A DNA stretch of 64,000 bases from Blastocatellia bacterium (GCA_963765495.1 CAVXWP010000013.1:104641-168640); one strand, 5' to 3'. Shown: positions 29,581 to 40,203, counted from the stretch's first letter. Notes: a model not told the origin generated them from the sequence alone. Numbers and translations are program-made.

Positions 29581-32064
29581 TTATTGATTTGATGTTGTGT
29601 CGGTCGACAGAGGCTGGCCCGTCATGATGACCGGCTCGCCCGGACGACGACGACTGCGGCGACGGCTGCGGCGACGGGGAGCGGGTCGTTCGACCGCAGG
29701 CTCTTCGGTGGTTATGACCTGTCCACCCGAACAGCCCTTCTTCTCCATAATCGCATCATCAACCGACTTGCAAGGCGGATTCGCGTTGTAATCGCCCGGC
29801 ACGATGTAGAACTCAACTCTACGGTTGAGCGCTGCGTCACCGGATGAATGCGGGCAGGTATCGCTGTAGTTCCGCACCGTGATGCGGGCTGCGTCAATAC
29901 CTCTCTCGTTCACCAGATAATCGCGTGCGTTGTTGGCTCTGGTGAGCGATATGCCTACGCGCTCCGACGTATCGCGATGGCCGTCAACGACCACGTACGC
30001 TCGCGGATCCTGTTGCAAGCGAAGCGCGATCTCATCAAGGCAAGCCTTGTGCTCGTTGTTGATTCTTGCCGAGTTGAACGGGAAGAAGATCGGTCCGCAC
30101 GGCAGTATCAGATCGACGCATCGCGGAACCACGGTCACAGGAACATTGATCGAGCAACTGCTACCCGGACACGGCTGGTCGCAGCGTGTGCGGTCTGTTT
30201 CCACGTTCACCGTGACGCTGGCCGAACCGGTTACGCCGGTAGTGTCAAGTGTGACCTCAGAGCCGGTCGTGGACGAAAGCGTTCCAGCGGTGGTTGACCA
30301 CGTGTAGGAAAGATTGCCTTCGCCGTTGCCGGATACTCTCAACGTCACGCGCTGACCCTCTTCGGCTTCCGAAGGCGTCGCAGTGATTTCGCAACTGATG
30401 GTCGGGCAAGGCGGCTCTGTGACTTCGAATGAAGCGTTGCAGGTCGTCTGGCCTGTGGTTATACAATCCGACGGGCAATCGACCGCCGGAACGGTTGCGG
30501 TAACGGTTGTTGTTACAGAGTAGTTGCCGCAGGGAATTCCGGTTGTCGGAACTTCGACGCTCGCGCCTGAACCGCTGACTGTGACGGGTCGCCCCTGAGC
30601 GTCTCTGACTTCCCAGCGATACTCGTAGGTAACTTTGTCGTCGGAGTAGCCCGGAGTCGTGGGCCTTGCGCTGAGTGTCAGCCGCTCTCCACGGTTGACC
30701 GTTGCCGGTCCGGCTTCGACCACACAGGTCGGAACGGGCGGCGGCGGACATAGTTTGCGGCGGCCAATTGACAGATAAGCCACAAATCCGTTTGCATCGC
30801 CGTTTTCACCGAAATGCTGCTCTCGCAGATTTAAGAACGGCTCGATTCTAAAGAAGGGCAACGGCACAAAGACCGACCCCTGCTCAAATACGGGAAGGTC
30901 GCGTTCGTTAGCGTTGGTCAGGAACCTGCGGTATGCGCCTCCAAACGAGATAGCGCCGTTCTTGAGGAAGAACCGCAAACCTATGTTCCAATCGAGCGGA
31001 TTCACCGGATCGAGGTTGGGCGTGCCGCCCCCGACATATACGTTGCCAGCCAGTTCGGTCACGAACTCTACGTGCTTGTTGACCGCTACTGATAATCCGG
31101 CATTCAACAGAAGCTTATCTCGAAGATCGAGCACCTTGACATCATTCTGATCTATATCGCCGGTGTGGATGTAGCCGATATTTTCATAAAGCCGGAAGCG
31201 ATGACCGCCGCTCTCCTGGCCGAGCATGAGGATAGGACCGGCTTCGAATTCGCCGCTTGTTCGTCCGCGTGCGCGGGCGCTATCCTCTCTCGAAATAGGT
31301 ATCTTCAAATAGCCGCCAAGCGCCATGCTAAACCAGTGCTTGTTTGCGTCTATGAGGTTGACCTTGGTTCCCAGGTAAATATCGCCCGAACCGTTTGACG
31401 ACTGGCGTGGCCCGAAAATCGGGCGGTTAAGATTGTCGAATCCGACAAAGTCGACTTCGCCAAAGAAGGGCAACTCGTTATAGTAGCCCGGTCGGTCAGT
31501 CGCTATTGACGGCCCGAAACCCACAACCAGTGGTCCGCCTGCTCCAGCAGGAGAAAGGCCGCTGCTTGGGAACCCGATGGGCGTTCCGAATAATCCTACG
31601 CGCGGCAGAATTCCGCCGGGGAGCGCGCCCGTGCCGGGGAAGAATGCTGCGCCGCCGTCGGTTCCGCCAGAGGGCGGGCCGAGGATATTGAACGGATTTC
31701 CGAACGCCCGGACCAGATTATACTGGTACCCGCTCAGCAGGAACGGGCTGCGCGAGGTCGTCTGTTGCCAGGCCACCCAATCAACCCATACTTCCCACCT
31801 GTTGGTCAAACCCACAGTGAAATTAAACGGAATCTGATTGATGTCTATATCACCCGGGTCGCGGTCAAAGTTATTCCAGAATAACCCAAAATTGAACTCG
31901 CCCTTGCAGAGCGTTCGGGTCGAGAAAGTATTGAACAACCCTGTGCCGCCAAGCACTGTTGGCGCTTTCTGCTTTTCAGCGAGGTTGCCGTCTTGTGCAA
32001 AAACGGTGACCCCAAAAACTAGCAGCGCCAGGACAAGCGTGCTTATTTTTCTAGCCGCTTTCAT
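29581..32064 (-). CDS. OmpA-domain outer-membrane protein, paralogue of 26129-29059 without AMIN
   Basis: Same architecture with long near-identical peptide blocks. CAGGAGG RBS before ATG 32064 (MKAARK). Confidence 0.85.
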   Translation of the reverse strand: MKAARKISTLVLALLVFGVTVFAQDGNLAEKQKAPTVLGGTGLFNTFSTRTLCKGEFNFGLFWNNFDRDPGDIDINQIPFNFTVGLTNRWEVWVDWVAWQQTTSRSPFLLSGYQYNLVRAFGNPFNILGPPSGGTDGGAAFFPGTGALPGGILPRVGLFGTPIGFPSSGLSPAGAGGPLVVGFGPSIATDRPGYYNELPFFGEVDFVGFDNLNRPIFGPRQSSNGSGDIYLGTKVNLIDANKHWFSMALGGYLKIPISREDSARARGRTSGEFEAGPILMLGQESGGHRFRLYENIGYIHTGDIDQNDVKVLDLRDKLLLNAGLSVAVNKHVEFVTELAGNVYVGGGTPNLDPVNPLDWNIGLRFFLKNGAISFGGAYRRFLTNANERDLPVFEQGSVFVPLPFFRIEPFLNLREQHFGENGDANGFVAYLSIGRRKLCPPPPVPTCVVEAGPATVNRGERLTLSARPTTPGYSDDKVTYEYRWEVRDAQGRPVTVSGSGASVEVPTTGIPCGNYSVTTTVTATVPAVDCPSDCITTGQTTCNASFEVTEPPCPTISCEITATPSEAEEGQRVTLRVSGNGEGNLSYTWSTTAGTLSSTTGSEVTLDTTGVTGSASVTVNVETDRTRCDQPCPGSSCSINVPVTVVPRCVDLILPCGPIFFPFNSARINNEHKACLDEIALRLQQDPRAYVVVDGHRDTSERVGISLTRANNARDYLVNERGIDAARITVRNYSDTCPHSSGDAALNRRVEFYIVPGDYNANPPCKSVDDAIMEKKGCSGGQVITTEEPAVERPAPRRRSRRRSRRRPGEPVIMTGQPLSTDTTSNQ

Positions 32065-32331
32065 TATTTTGCCTCCTGATTTCTTCATCCACGGAATGCG
32101 GTTCTTTACCTAGATTTCCTCTGAACTGCAAGAGGTGGTTTCTTAATTGCCTCCCCTCAGAAGTACAAGGCGAGTGGGATGATTTGCTGTGTGAGCGTCC
32201 AGCTTAAGCCCTTTCCTGCCGGGCTCATACGTTGATTCTATTATTACAACATCATGTATATACTCGCAATCAGGCGTCGGGTCAACACAAAAATGACTTT
32301 TTTCCAGCATCTCCCACAGTTTACGCGCAGC

Positions 32332-33612
32332 CTACGCATAGATTCCGCGCAGCCTCGTATCGTAGGCGACGCGATCTATTGCAAGCATATAAGCGGCCAG
32401 ACGGGTGTTCACCTGATACTTTTCGGCGAACCCGTCCACATCGTTAAAAGAGCTGACCATTATATCTCTCAAACGAGTGTTGACGACTTTTTCGGTCCAG
32501 AAAAATCCCATTCTATCCTGCACCCATTCGAAATAGCTGACCGTAACGCCCCCGGCGTTTGCCAGGATATCCGGGATTACATAGATATTTTTATCGGCGA
32601 TGATATCATCGGCGTCGGACGTGGTCGGTCCGTTGGCCCCCTCGGCAAGTATTCGGCAACGAATGCGGTCGGCGTTCTGGCTGTGAATAACGTTTTCGGT
32701 CGCTGCCGGCAGCAGTATCTCGCACTCAAGCTCTAATAGCTGCGCGTTGGTGATATGATCGGCCTCGCGATAGCCTTCGACCGTCTTTTCCTCTTTGAGC
32801 ACCTTGAGCACCCCCGACACATCCAGCCCCGCCGGATTGTAGAGCGCGCCCGTGATATCGCCGATGCCTATGACTTTATAGCCTTCCTGGTGCATGAGCA
32901 GGGCAGCCGTGCCGCCTACATTGCCCGCACCCTGAACGATCACGCGCGTGTCTTTTACGGCAAGATTGAATTTTCTCGATGCCTCGTTGCAGACAAACAG
33001 CAACCCCCGACCCGTGGCCTCGCGCCGCCCGCGCGACCCGCCTATTTCAATGGGCTTGCCCGTCACGACAGCCGTGACCGTATGGCGAGCGTGCATGGAA
33101 TATGTGTCCATCATCCACGCCATCACCTGCTCGTTTGTATTCATATCGGGAGCAGGTACATCGCGTTCGGGGCCTATGAAATCCAGCAGTTCGGCCGTAT
33201 ATCGGCGGGTCATTCGCTCAAGCTCGCCCCGGCTCATCTGGCGCGGGTCGCAGATTATACCGCCTTTCGCGCCTCCGAAGGGTATGTTGACGACGGCGCA
33301 CTTCCAGGTCATCCACGCCGCAAGCGCGCGCACTTCATCGAGCGAGACATCGGGCGAATAGCGCACGCCGCCTTTGGCCGGACCGCGCGCGAAGTTGTGC
33401 TGTACACGATAGCCGGTGAAAACCTGATAGTTTCCATCGTCCATCAATACGGGTATATAAAGAGTGATTTCACGATTAGGCCAGCGAAGTATCTTATAAA
33501 TGTTTGGATCAAGGTTGAGTCTTTGCGCCGCATCATCGAAGCGTTCCATCATGGACTCAAATGGATTGTCTTCCTTGATTTCCTTGGCGTCATCAACGTA
33601 AACGGATGGCAT
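32332..33612 (-). CDS. gdhA: Glu/Leu/Phe/Val dehydrogenase (glutamate dehydrogenase)
   Basis: [31 protein letters not shown]-like, [24 protein letters not shown]. Confidence 0.95.
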   Translation of the reverse strand: MPSVYVDDAKEIKEDNPFESMMERFDDAAQRLNLDPNIYKILRWPNREITLYIPVLMDDGNYQVFTGYRVQHNFARGPAKGGVRYSPDVSLDEVRALAAWMTWKCAVVNIPFGGAKGGIICDPRQMSRGELERMTRRYTAELLDFIGPERDVPAPDMNTNEQVMAWMMDTYSMHARHTVTAVVTGKPIEIGGSRGRREATGRGLLFVCNEASRKFNLAVKDTRVIVQGAGNVGGTAALLMHQEGYKVIGIGDITGALYNPAGLDVSGVLKVLKEEKTVEGYREADHITNAQLLELECEILLPAATENVIHSQNADRIRCRILAEGANGPTTSDADDIIADKNIYVIPDILANAGGVTVSYFEWVQDRMGFFWTEKVVNTRLRDIMVSSFNDVDGFAEKYQVNTRLAAYMLAIDRVAYDTRLRGIYA

Positions 33613-33814
33613 TAGCTGTCATCTCCCGGCTCGAAGTATTGAGGCGTGTGATAATCAAACATCATGCTCTGGCTTTCACAAGCATACGAGACAACAGATT
33701 ATAGCCGACACCATAACGACAGGCAATGAAGGCAAGCGATATTGGGCAACCAAATCAAACAATTTCAGGGCCATTCAGTTTTCCAAAATGTAGAATTGGA
33801 AAATAGAAATAGGC

Positions 33815-33876
33815 CGCGGATGACGCGGATGCGGCGGATTTGCGCGGATTCGTCCAAATAGGGTCAGATCCGCGTA
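33815..33876. repeat. 9-bp-period CGCGGAT repeat element (partial hairpin)
   Basis: CCGCGGATGACGCGGATGCGGCGGATTTGCGCGGATT ... ATCCGCG. Confidence 0.65.
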
Positions 33877-34014
33877 TCGGTAGCCTGTTCCCACACGCCT
33901 TTCGTCCAACTTAACCTGCAAAAATGGCTTACGCATGTTGCCCGCAAGTCAAAAACTGAATATATTTCCGGTACTCCACTATCCGATGTCATTTCGTTGG
34001 CGTAGTTCGCCGGA

Positions 34015-34986
34015 TTGCAGGTGCCGGAGATGAAGGATGACCGGGATTTACAGCTCGCGCAGTTTCCACAGGTGGCCGAAGCGGTACGAAAGATCGCAGC
34101 CGACAACAGGTCGGGAGCATCGGAAATACTTCGAATCAGCGGCGAGATATTTTCTCTGCTCGAGGAAGCCGCATCAAAACAGGGGCCGTATGAGACGGAA
34201 AAATCCCGCCACCTGGTAATCAGAACATGCTTTGCGCTTGCGCGAGCGCAGCCTTCCATGGCGTCTCTCTTAAATCTTGCAAGTACGGTCGCGCAAACCG
34301 CGCTTGAAAGCTCCGACCATCCCATTGAGTCGGCCAGTAAATCGGCGCGGGACTTTATACTCAAAACCGCACGGGCGATAGATGAGGCTACGACTAAGGC
34401 TTCCAGTCTTATAGCCGAAGGCGCTATCGTGTTGACGCACTCTCGGAGTTCAAGCGTAGTTGCGGCTTTCAAACAGGCGCACAATGCGGGTCGAAACTTC
34501 GAGGTCATCGCAACCGAGAGCCGTCCTTTGCTTGAAGGTCGCTCGCTTGCCCGTGAGCTTTCAGATGAAAACATCAGGGTAACCATCCTGGCTGATGCGG
34601 CGGCGGCTCTCGCCGTAGACCGCGCCGATATTGTCGTTGTCGGAGCCGATAAGATCACAGCTGATGTTTTGATCAATAAGATTGGAACCAGGCTGATTGC
34701 GCTCGCTGCCTCCGAGCGCAATTGCCCGGTCTATGCGATTGCGGACTCGTCCAAATTTATCAACGCGAACGAAACATCGGATGAGGCCGATACAGGAAGA
34801 GATGCCGCCGAGCTATGGCCTGATGCGCCCGGTTCGATAAAGATATGGAATCGTTATTTCGAGCCTGTGCCTCTTTCATATTTCACAGGCATCATTTTTG
34901 AAGGCGGGTTGCTGAGACCAGAAGAGACAGCCCTTCGAGTTCGAAACGAGTTGAGCAACACGAGGCTATTTGACTTCTTCCGTTGA
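34015..34986 (+). CDS. eIF-2B alpha/beta/delta family protein (ribose-1,5-bisphosphate/MTR-1-P isomerase-like)
   Basis: SGAS, AQPSMA, LTHSRSS, ESRPLLEG, VGAD, NKIGT, NRYFE. Start may be 34021 or 34030. Confidence 0.85.
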   Translation: MQVPEMKDDRDLQLAQFPQVAEAVRKIAADNRSGASEILRISGEIFSLLEEAASKQGPYETEKSRHLVIRTCFALARAQPSMASLLNLASTVAQTALESSDHPIESASKSARDFILKTARAIDEATTKASSLIAEGAIVLTHSRSSSVVAAFKQAHNAGRNFEVIATESRPLLEGRSLARELSDENIRVTILADAAAALAVDRADIVVVGADKITADVLINKIGTRLIALAASERNCPVYAIADSSKFINANETSDEADTGRDAAELWPDAPGSIKIWNRYFEPVPLSYFTGIIFEGGLLRPEETALRVRNELSNTRLFDFFR

Positions 34987-35109
34987 TGCTCGTATAGCCC
35001 TATACAAACCTTTAGTAATATTTCTCTTCAAATAGCGCTTGATAATTTCCACTCGATTTCCGGTCATGTTATACCTTATATACTAATCGGGGCACTGGTG
35101 TGATCGCTT

Positions 35110-37200
35110 ATGTTTTCAAGAGAGTATTTCATCGATGCAATTCATCGTTTACGCGAGAAGCTGTCACAATATCTTGCATTGCCCGGCTCACAAATTTCAG
35201 AAACCACCTCAAATACAGGGAAGAATCGCTCTCGCCGTATGATCGTTTGCGGCTGTATTTTTCTTGTAGCTCTCGGCGTCAGAGTATTACACAAACAGGA
35301 CAGGAGTATTGAGATTGAGCGGAAAGAATCCTTGCTCACAAATCTCTCAAAACTCTACGAACCCGAAGCGCGCCGGATGACAGAAAATAAGGCCCTGTTT
35401 TTTCCAGATCAATTGCCGGAGCAGGGCGATGCGCGGATACTGGTACACCCGCCGGGTTATTCGATCCTTAGCGCGGCTCTGTTGAAAGAATTAGGCATCG
35501 GGCAAAATACGATGATCTTTTTACAGATGATTTGTGATGCGGCATCGGCGGTGCTGCTCTTTCTGATCACAGCAGAGTTCTTGCCCTTGATCGTCGCCTT
35601 CATAGGCGGGATTCTCGTCGCCCTGTCACCGCATCTCTCATATTATTCATTGCGGGTTTTACCCGACAGCCTTGCAGTCTTTCCAATCCTGTTTGCGGTC
35701 TACCTGATTAGCAAAGCAATCAAACGGCCTGAGCTTTTCAAGATCATAGCCGGAGGCGCACTCATAGGTCTTTCGTGCTGGCTCAGATCAAACGCGCTTT
35801 TGATGGCGCCGCTCCTTGCCCTGGCCATTTTCCTTCTGTTTGAGCGCGGCAAACGGTTGCGTTATTCGGCGGCGCTCGTCATTGCGATGATAGTAGTGAT
35901 TTCGCCAATCACGATTCGCAACTGGGTCTTATATCATCGCTTCATTCCCCTATCGCTCGGCTCGGGTGTGACTCTGGTTGAAGGCATAGCCGATTATGAC
36001 ACCCAGAACAGATTTGGGCTTCCGGCAACCGATATAGAGACCGCGCGGAAGGATGCCGAATGGCACAATCGGCCCGATTATCGAGGCAACCTATGGTCGC
36101 CAGAAGGCATTGAGCGAGATCGTTATCGTTTTTCGCGCGGCCTTACCGTGATCCGCTCAAATCCCGGGTGGTTCCTCAAAGTGATGCTCAGCCGGGCAGC
36201 CTTTATGCTCAACTATAACAACGCGGGTCCGGCCGCCTGGCCGTTTAATACCTCGCAAGTTCCCCTGGTCTCGGCCACCCCGGCCTTTGGCCACAGCCTT
36301 GCCCTCGTTAACCAGATTGCGCCCCTTCGCTCAATCTCTCCCCGGGAATTGATTGCCGACGGGGCAGCCCTTTCGCCACAGACAAGAGTCTCGCTTGTAG
36401 ACGAAGGCAGGACTTTGCAAATTGCCGGGGACAATTCTCAGTTCGCCGATCAATTCGAATCACCGCCCTTTGCTTTAACGGCTCATACAGATTACGTTCT
36501 CAGATTTCCGGTGAGCCTCGAGCAGGGATCAATGGCCGTCAAGGTGACGAGCGAAGATCGGCGTATCACTCTCGCCTCCGAGTTGGTTCTGCGACCCGAT
36601 AAGGACGCAAAGAAGAGGGCTAAACAGAGCAGCGAAGAGGTCACAAGCGAAGAGGTCACAAGCGAAGAGGTCGCAAGCGAAGAAGACGCAAGCGAAGAAG
36701 GCGCAAATGAAGAAGGCGCAAGCGATTCAGATGTTGAGCAGCCGATAAAAACCATTGAGATGGCATTCACAAGCGATGACAAGACCGGGGCGCGGCTCGT
36801 CATCGCAAGCGATCTGTCGCAAGTCTCGCCGCCCGTAGTCGAAGCCGGACAGGTTGAATTGTTCGCGCTTGGCGAGACTCCACATCGTTGGACCCGTTAT
36901 CCTCGCGCTCTCATCTACGGTCTGCAAAAAAATCTCTTCAAGACCAGGGTCATGCTTCCGCTCGTCATCACAGGCATTGCGCTGCTCGCGTTTGCGCGTC
37001 AGTGGCGCGCACTGGTCCTGCTGCTGATCGTCCCCTTTTATTACCTGCTCTTCCAGTCAATCCTGCATACAGAGTATCGCTACATTCTGGCGATTCACTA
37101 TTTTCTGTTCGCCTTTGCCGGAGTAGCGCTTTACTCGATGGCGATGATTATCCGCCAAGGCAGTGTGTGGGTTATAAGCAGGGGTCAAAAGAAGAGTTGA
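35110..37200 (+). CDS. GT-C fold (ArnT/GT39-like) membrane glycosyltransferase
   Basis: HPPGYS, multiple TMs, PITIRNW, C-terminal EYRY. Confidence 0.8.
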   Translation: MFSREYFIDAIHRLREKLSQYLALPGSQISETTSNTGKNRSRRMIVCGCIFLVALGVRVLHKQDRSIEIERKESLLTNLSKLYEPEARRMTENKALFFPDQLPEQGDARILVHPPGYSILSAALLKELGIGQNTMIFLQMICDAASAVLLFLITAEFLPLIVAFIGGILVALSPHLSYYSLRVLPDSLAVFPILFAVYLISKAIKRPELFKIIAGGALIGLSCWLRSNALLMAPLLALAIFLLFERGKRLRYSAALVIAMIVVISPITIRNWVLYHRFIPLSLGSGVTLVEGIADYDTQNRFGLPATDIETARKDAEWHNRPDYRGNLWSPEGIERDRYRFSRGLTVIRSNPGWFLKVMLSRAAFMLNYNNAGPAAWPFNTSQVPLVSATPAFGHSLALVNQIAPLRSISPRELIADGAALSPQTRVSLVDEGRTLQIAGDNSQFADQFESPPFALTAHTDYVLRFPVSLEQGSMAVKVTSEDRRITLASELVLRPDKDAKKRAKQSSEEVTSEEVTSEEVASEEDASEEGANEEGASDSDVEQPIKTIEMAFTSDDKTGARLVIASDLSQVSPPVVEAGQVELFALGETPHRWTRYPRALIYGLQKNLFKTRVMLPLVITGIALLAFARQWRALVLLLIVPFYYLLFQSILHTEYRYILAIHYFLFAFAGVALYSMAMIIRQGSVWVISRGQKKS
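36631..36725 (+). repeat. In-frame 15-bp tandem repeat (SEEVT-like x6)
   Basis: AGCGAAGAGGTCACA and variants, six copies in a glycosyltransferase loop. Confidence 0.85.
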
Positions 37201-37203
37201 GCT

Positions 37204-38037
37204 TCAACGGTCTGCCGGTTTGTTCTTTTCGGCTTCCGGCTTTTGAATCCCGGCATCCTGCAAGGCGCGGGTCAGGTCTTCGAAGGCACGCTCTATCATC
37301 TGGTCCGCTTCTTCGGGTCTTTTGGCCGACGCCGAGAGCAGCACGCGAAAAGTGATGTCGCGTCCAAAGTGAGAGGCTCGCGATTTTATGTAAACGTCGG
37401 GATGCGCAGTAGCCACGCGGCGGAGCGCGGGCGCGAGAGCGGATTCGTCTCCGCACTTGACCGTAACTTCCCGCTCGCGATAACTGCCTCGCCCGAATAT
37501 TTCGCGCATCGTTTTTTGGAGCGGGCCCTCGATTATCGCTTTCAATTCCGAAGGCACGCCGGGCAGCGAGATGATGCGACAACCCGAAACTTTCAGCATA
37601 GCGGCCGGCGCAGCGCCCACGGGGTTTTCTATCGCCTCTGCGCCCTCGGGCAGACGCGCCATCTTCAATCGCGCATCGGTCAGGCCCGCCTTTTCAACAT
37701 AACCCTGATCGGCAAGCTCTTTATATCGCCACTCGACAAATCTGTGCGCCGCTTCGTCGAGTGAGAGCTTCAAACCGAGGCTTGCGGCAATAGCGCCGAG
37801 TGTCAAATCGTCATCCGTAGGACCAAGCCCGCCGCAGGTAAATATCAGGTCAGCCCGGCGCGCAAGTGAGCGTTTGATCTCATCGGCTATGGCTTCGGCT
37901 TCGTCGCGCACGGTTGCTATGTGACGCACGCGGCCGCCCATACCCCTTACCATTCGGCAGAGATAATTGGAGTTTGTGTCCTGCACTGCGCCAAGCAGAA
38001 CTTCATTGCCGATTACTACTATCTCAATATTGACCAC
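37204..38037 (-). CDS. CinA N-terminal-type molybdopterin-binding domain protein (no PncC domain)
   Basis: IGNEVLLG..DTN, GGLGPTDDDLT, NPVGAAP, LPGVPSE; only 277 aa. Confidence 0.88.
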   Translation of the reverse strand: MVNIEIVVIGNEVLLGAVQDTNSNYLCRMVRGMGGRVRHIATVRDEAEAIADEIKRSLARRADLIFTCGGLGPTDDDLTLGAIAASLGLKLSLDEAAHRFVEWRYKELADQGYVEKAGLTDARLKMARLPEGAEAIENPVGAAPAAMLKVSGCRIISLPGVPSELKAIIEGPLQKTMREIFGRGSYREREVTVKCGDESALAPALRRVATAHPDVYIKSRASHFGRDITFRVLLSASAKRPEEADQMIERAFEDLTRALQDAGIQKPEAEKNKPADR

Positions 38038-38295
38038 GACAGATTACAGGTTACAGCCACAAGGAGTTAAGTGCCAAGAGCCGGGATGCTAAAAGTTCCT
38101 CAAATACAAAGGCGGCTTCCGGGGTCTATAATTCTCAGAATGATCTGTCGAGATCAAAATGCAGGCATCTTTTTGCGCGTCTTGAGTCTCAAACCAGTTG
38201 GTGGGGCTGGACGCTTGTCCGTTTTGGTTCGTGCGGCAACGTCCGGTACGCCCTGCCACTTCAATTTCTTGCATCTGTTCGAGGAGCGATAAAGA

Positions 38296-38649
38296 ATGAA
38301 CAAAAATAGAATTCTGCTGGGCGTTTCCATCTCACTTCTGGCGCTGGCTCTGACGGGCTGCCCCGAGCGAAAACGCATATCGGAAATCACAAACGATCCG
38401 GGCCGCTATTACAATAAGGAAGTAACCGTGGTCGGGCGGGTGACTCGTTCTTATGGGGCGCTCGGCCAGGGTGTATTCGAGATAGATGATGGAACCGGGC
38501 GTATGTGGGTTTTCAGCGAAAAGTACGGGGTGCCAAGCCGGGATGCCTATGTCGGAGTAAGCGGACGCGTGATACCGGGCGTCACCTTCGGCGGGCGCAA
38601 TTATGCAACCGTACTGCGCGAGACCAAGCGCCGATCACGTAAAGAATAA
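38296..38649 (+). CDS. Lipoprotein, probable OB-fold
   Basis: Lipobox LTGC; KEVTVVGRV...FEIDDGTG. Confidence 0.75.
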   Translation: MNKNRILLGVSISLLALALTGCPERKRISEITNDPGRYYNKEVTVVGRVTRSYGALGQGVFEIDDGTGRMWVFSEKYGVPSRDAYVGVSGRVIPGVTFGGRNYATVLRETKRRSRKE

Positions 38650-38668
38650 ATTCTCCGCGAGCCTCTCT

Positions 38669-38704
38669 CGGCGCTCCGGCAACTTATGTGTTGCCGGAGC
38701 GCCG
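38669..38704. terminator. Strong GC hairpin after the lipoprotein gene
   Basis: 15-bp perfect stem CGGCGCTCCGGCAAC/GTTGCCGGAGCGCCG; no clear U-tract. Confidence 0.5.
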
Positions 38705-38829
38705 GGTCGTCTCTGCCCGATTTCCAACAAGCCTTTAGCTTTCGTCCGCCGACCGACAGCGCAATTCACAAACCCGTGTCAGGGATCGTCTCTTACACCG
38801 CGCAGGGAATCAAAGAGGGTAAAAAAGAC

Positions 38830-38898
38830 TTTTACAGGATTAACAGGATATTTTACATATCTTCGGAGATCTTTTTTAATCCTGTTAATCCCGTCAAA
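38830..38898. repeat. Intergenic inverted-repeat element (GACAGGATTAACAG family), copy 2
   Basis: TTTTACAGGATTAACAGGAT ... ATCCTGTTAATCCCGTCAAA, between convergent genes. Confidence 0.85.
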
Positions 38899-38906
38899 AA
38901 AACCGA

Positions 38907-40064
38907 TCAACTCGATGCACTTTCGCGGGTGAGGGCGCGGCCTATCACCATGCGCTGAATCTGATTTGTTCCCTCATAAATTTGCGTGATCTTCGCATCG
39001 CGCATGTATTTCTCTATTGGATAGTCGCGGCAATAGCCGTATCCGCCGAAAAGCTGCACCGCATCGGTCGCCACGCGCATGGCCGTATCGGTGGCAAAGA
39101 CTTTCGAGATGGCCGAAATCTTCGATATATCCTTGACTCCGGCGTCGACTGCCCGCGCGGCGGCGTAAACCAGATGGCGTGCCGCCTCTACCTGAATAGC
39201 CATATCTGCAAGCATAAATTGTATGCCCTGGAATGAGGCTATGGACTGGCCGAATTGCTGGCGATTCTTTGTATATTCGAGCGCAAGGTCGAGCGCCCCC
39301 TGAGCTATGCCAAGCCCCTGAGCCGCGACAAACGGACGCGCTACGTCTAGCGTCATCATCGCGTGTTTGAAGCCCCGTCCTTCTGTGCCCCCCAGGAGGT
39401 TTTCGGCCCGTACGCGGCAATCTTTGAAGTGCGTCTCGTTGACCGGGACGCAGCGAATCCCCATCAGGTCTTCGCGTTTGCCTACCTCAAAGCCGGGTGT
39501 GTCGCGCTCGATTATAAAACCCGTTACACCGCGAGTGCCCCGTTCCGGGTTCACCGTGGCAAGGACGGTGTAGAGGCTTGCCGCCTCCCCGTTTGTGGTC
39601 CATTTCTTATCGCCGTTTATGACGTAATCGTCGCCATCGCGTTCGGCCCGCGTCTTGAGGCTGCCCGCATCCGAGCCCGCAGACTTTTCAGAGAGCGCAA
39701 ACGCGATCAGCTTTTTGCCCTCGGCTATGTCGGGCAGGTATTTTTTCTTTTGCTCTTCGGTGCCGCCCAGAATGATTGGAAACGAGCCCAGCGCGTTGAC
39801 CACATACGTGCAGCCGATGCCGCCGCAGACGCGCGAAATCTCTTCGACGACTATGCAGAGGTTGAGCAGGCCGGAGCTTGCGCCGCCGTAATCTTTAGGC
39901 ACCCACATGCCCATCAACTTTTCCTCTTGAAGCGCCTTGATGACGCCCCACGGATACTCGCCCGTGCGGTCGAGTTCGGCGGCTACGGGTTTGACGTACT
40001 GCTCGGCGAGGGCTCGCGCCTTATCGCGATACTGAAGGTTCTCTTTTGTTAAAAGCTCGTCCAC
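38907..40064 (-). CDS. Acyl-CoA dehydrogenase
   Basis: FALSEKSAGSD, KKWTTNG, RQQFG, QLFGGYGY, IYEGTNQIQR. Confidence 0.95.
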   Translation of the reverse strand: MDELLTKENLQYRDKARALAEQYVKPVAAELDRTGEYPWGVIKALQEEKLMGMWVPKDYGGASSGLLNLCIVVEEISRVCGGIGCTYVVNALGSFPIILGGTEEQKKKYLPDIAEGKKLIAFALSEKSAGSDAGSLKTRAERDGDDYVINGDKKWTTNGEAASLYTVLATVNPERGTRGVTGFIIERDTPGFEVGKREDLMGIRCVPVNETHFKDCRVRAENLLGGTEGRGFKHAMMTLDVARPFVAAQGLGIAQGALDLALEYTKNRQQFGQSIASFQGIQFMLADMAIQVEAARHLVYAAARAVDAGVKDISKISAISKVFATDTAMRVATDAVQLFGGYGYCRDYPIEKYMRDAKITQIYEGTNQIQRMVIGRALTRESASS

Positions 40065-40203
40065 AGATAATTCCTCCTTGTAATTGCTGACCCATACGAA
40101 ATCCTGATTTTGATAAAGGAAGCAGGCAGTGAATGGCGGATTGTACAGCCCTCAACTGTGCCAGTCAATCCGGCCCAAACGTGTTTAAGGAAGCAACGCC
40201 GCC

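Noticed and set aside
32755-33615. 286-aa ORF antisense to gdh
   Set aside because: Codon-register shadow; long antisense frames are common opposite dehydrogenase genes in GC-rich DNA, and there are no recognisable motifs.
36631-36725. 15-bp repeat as a phase-variation switch
   Set aside because: The unit is a multiple of 3 and degenerate, so it only alters the length of an acidic loop.
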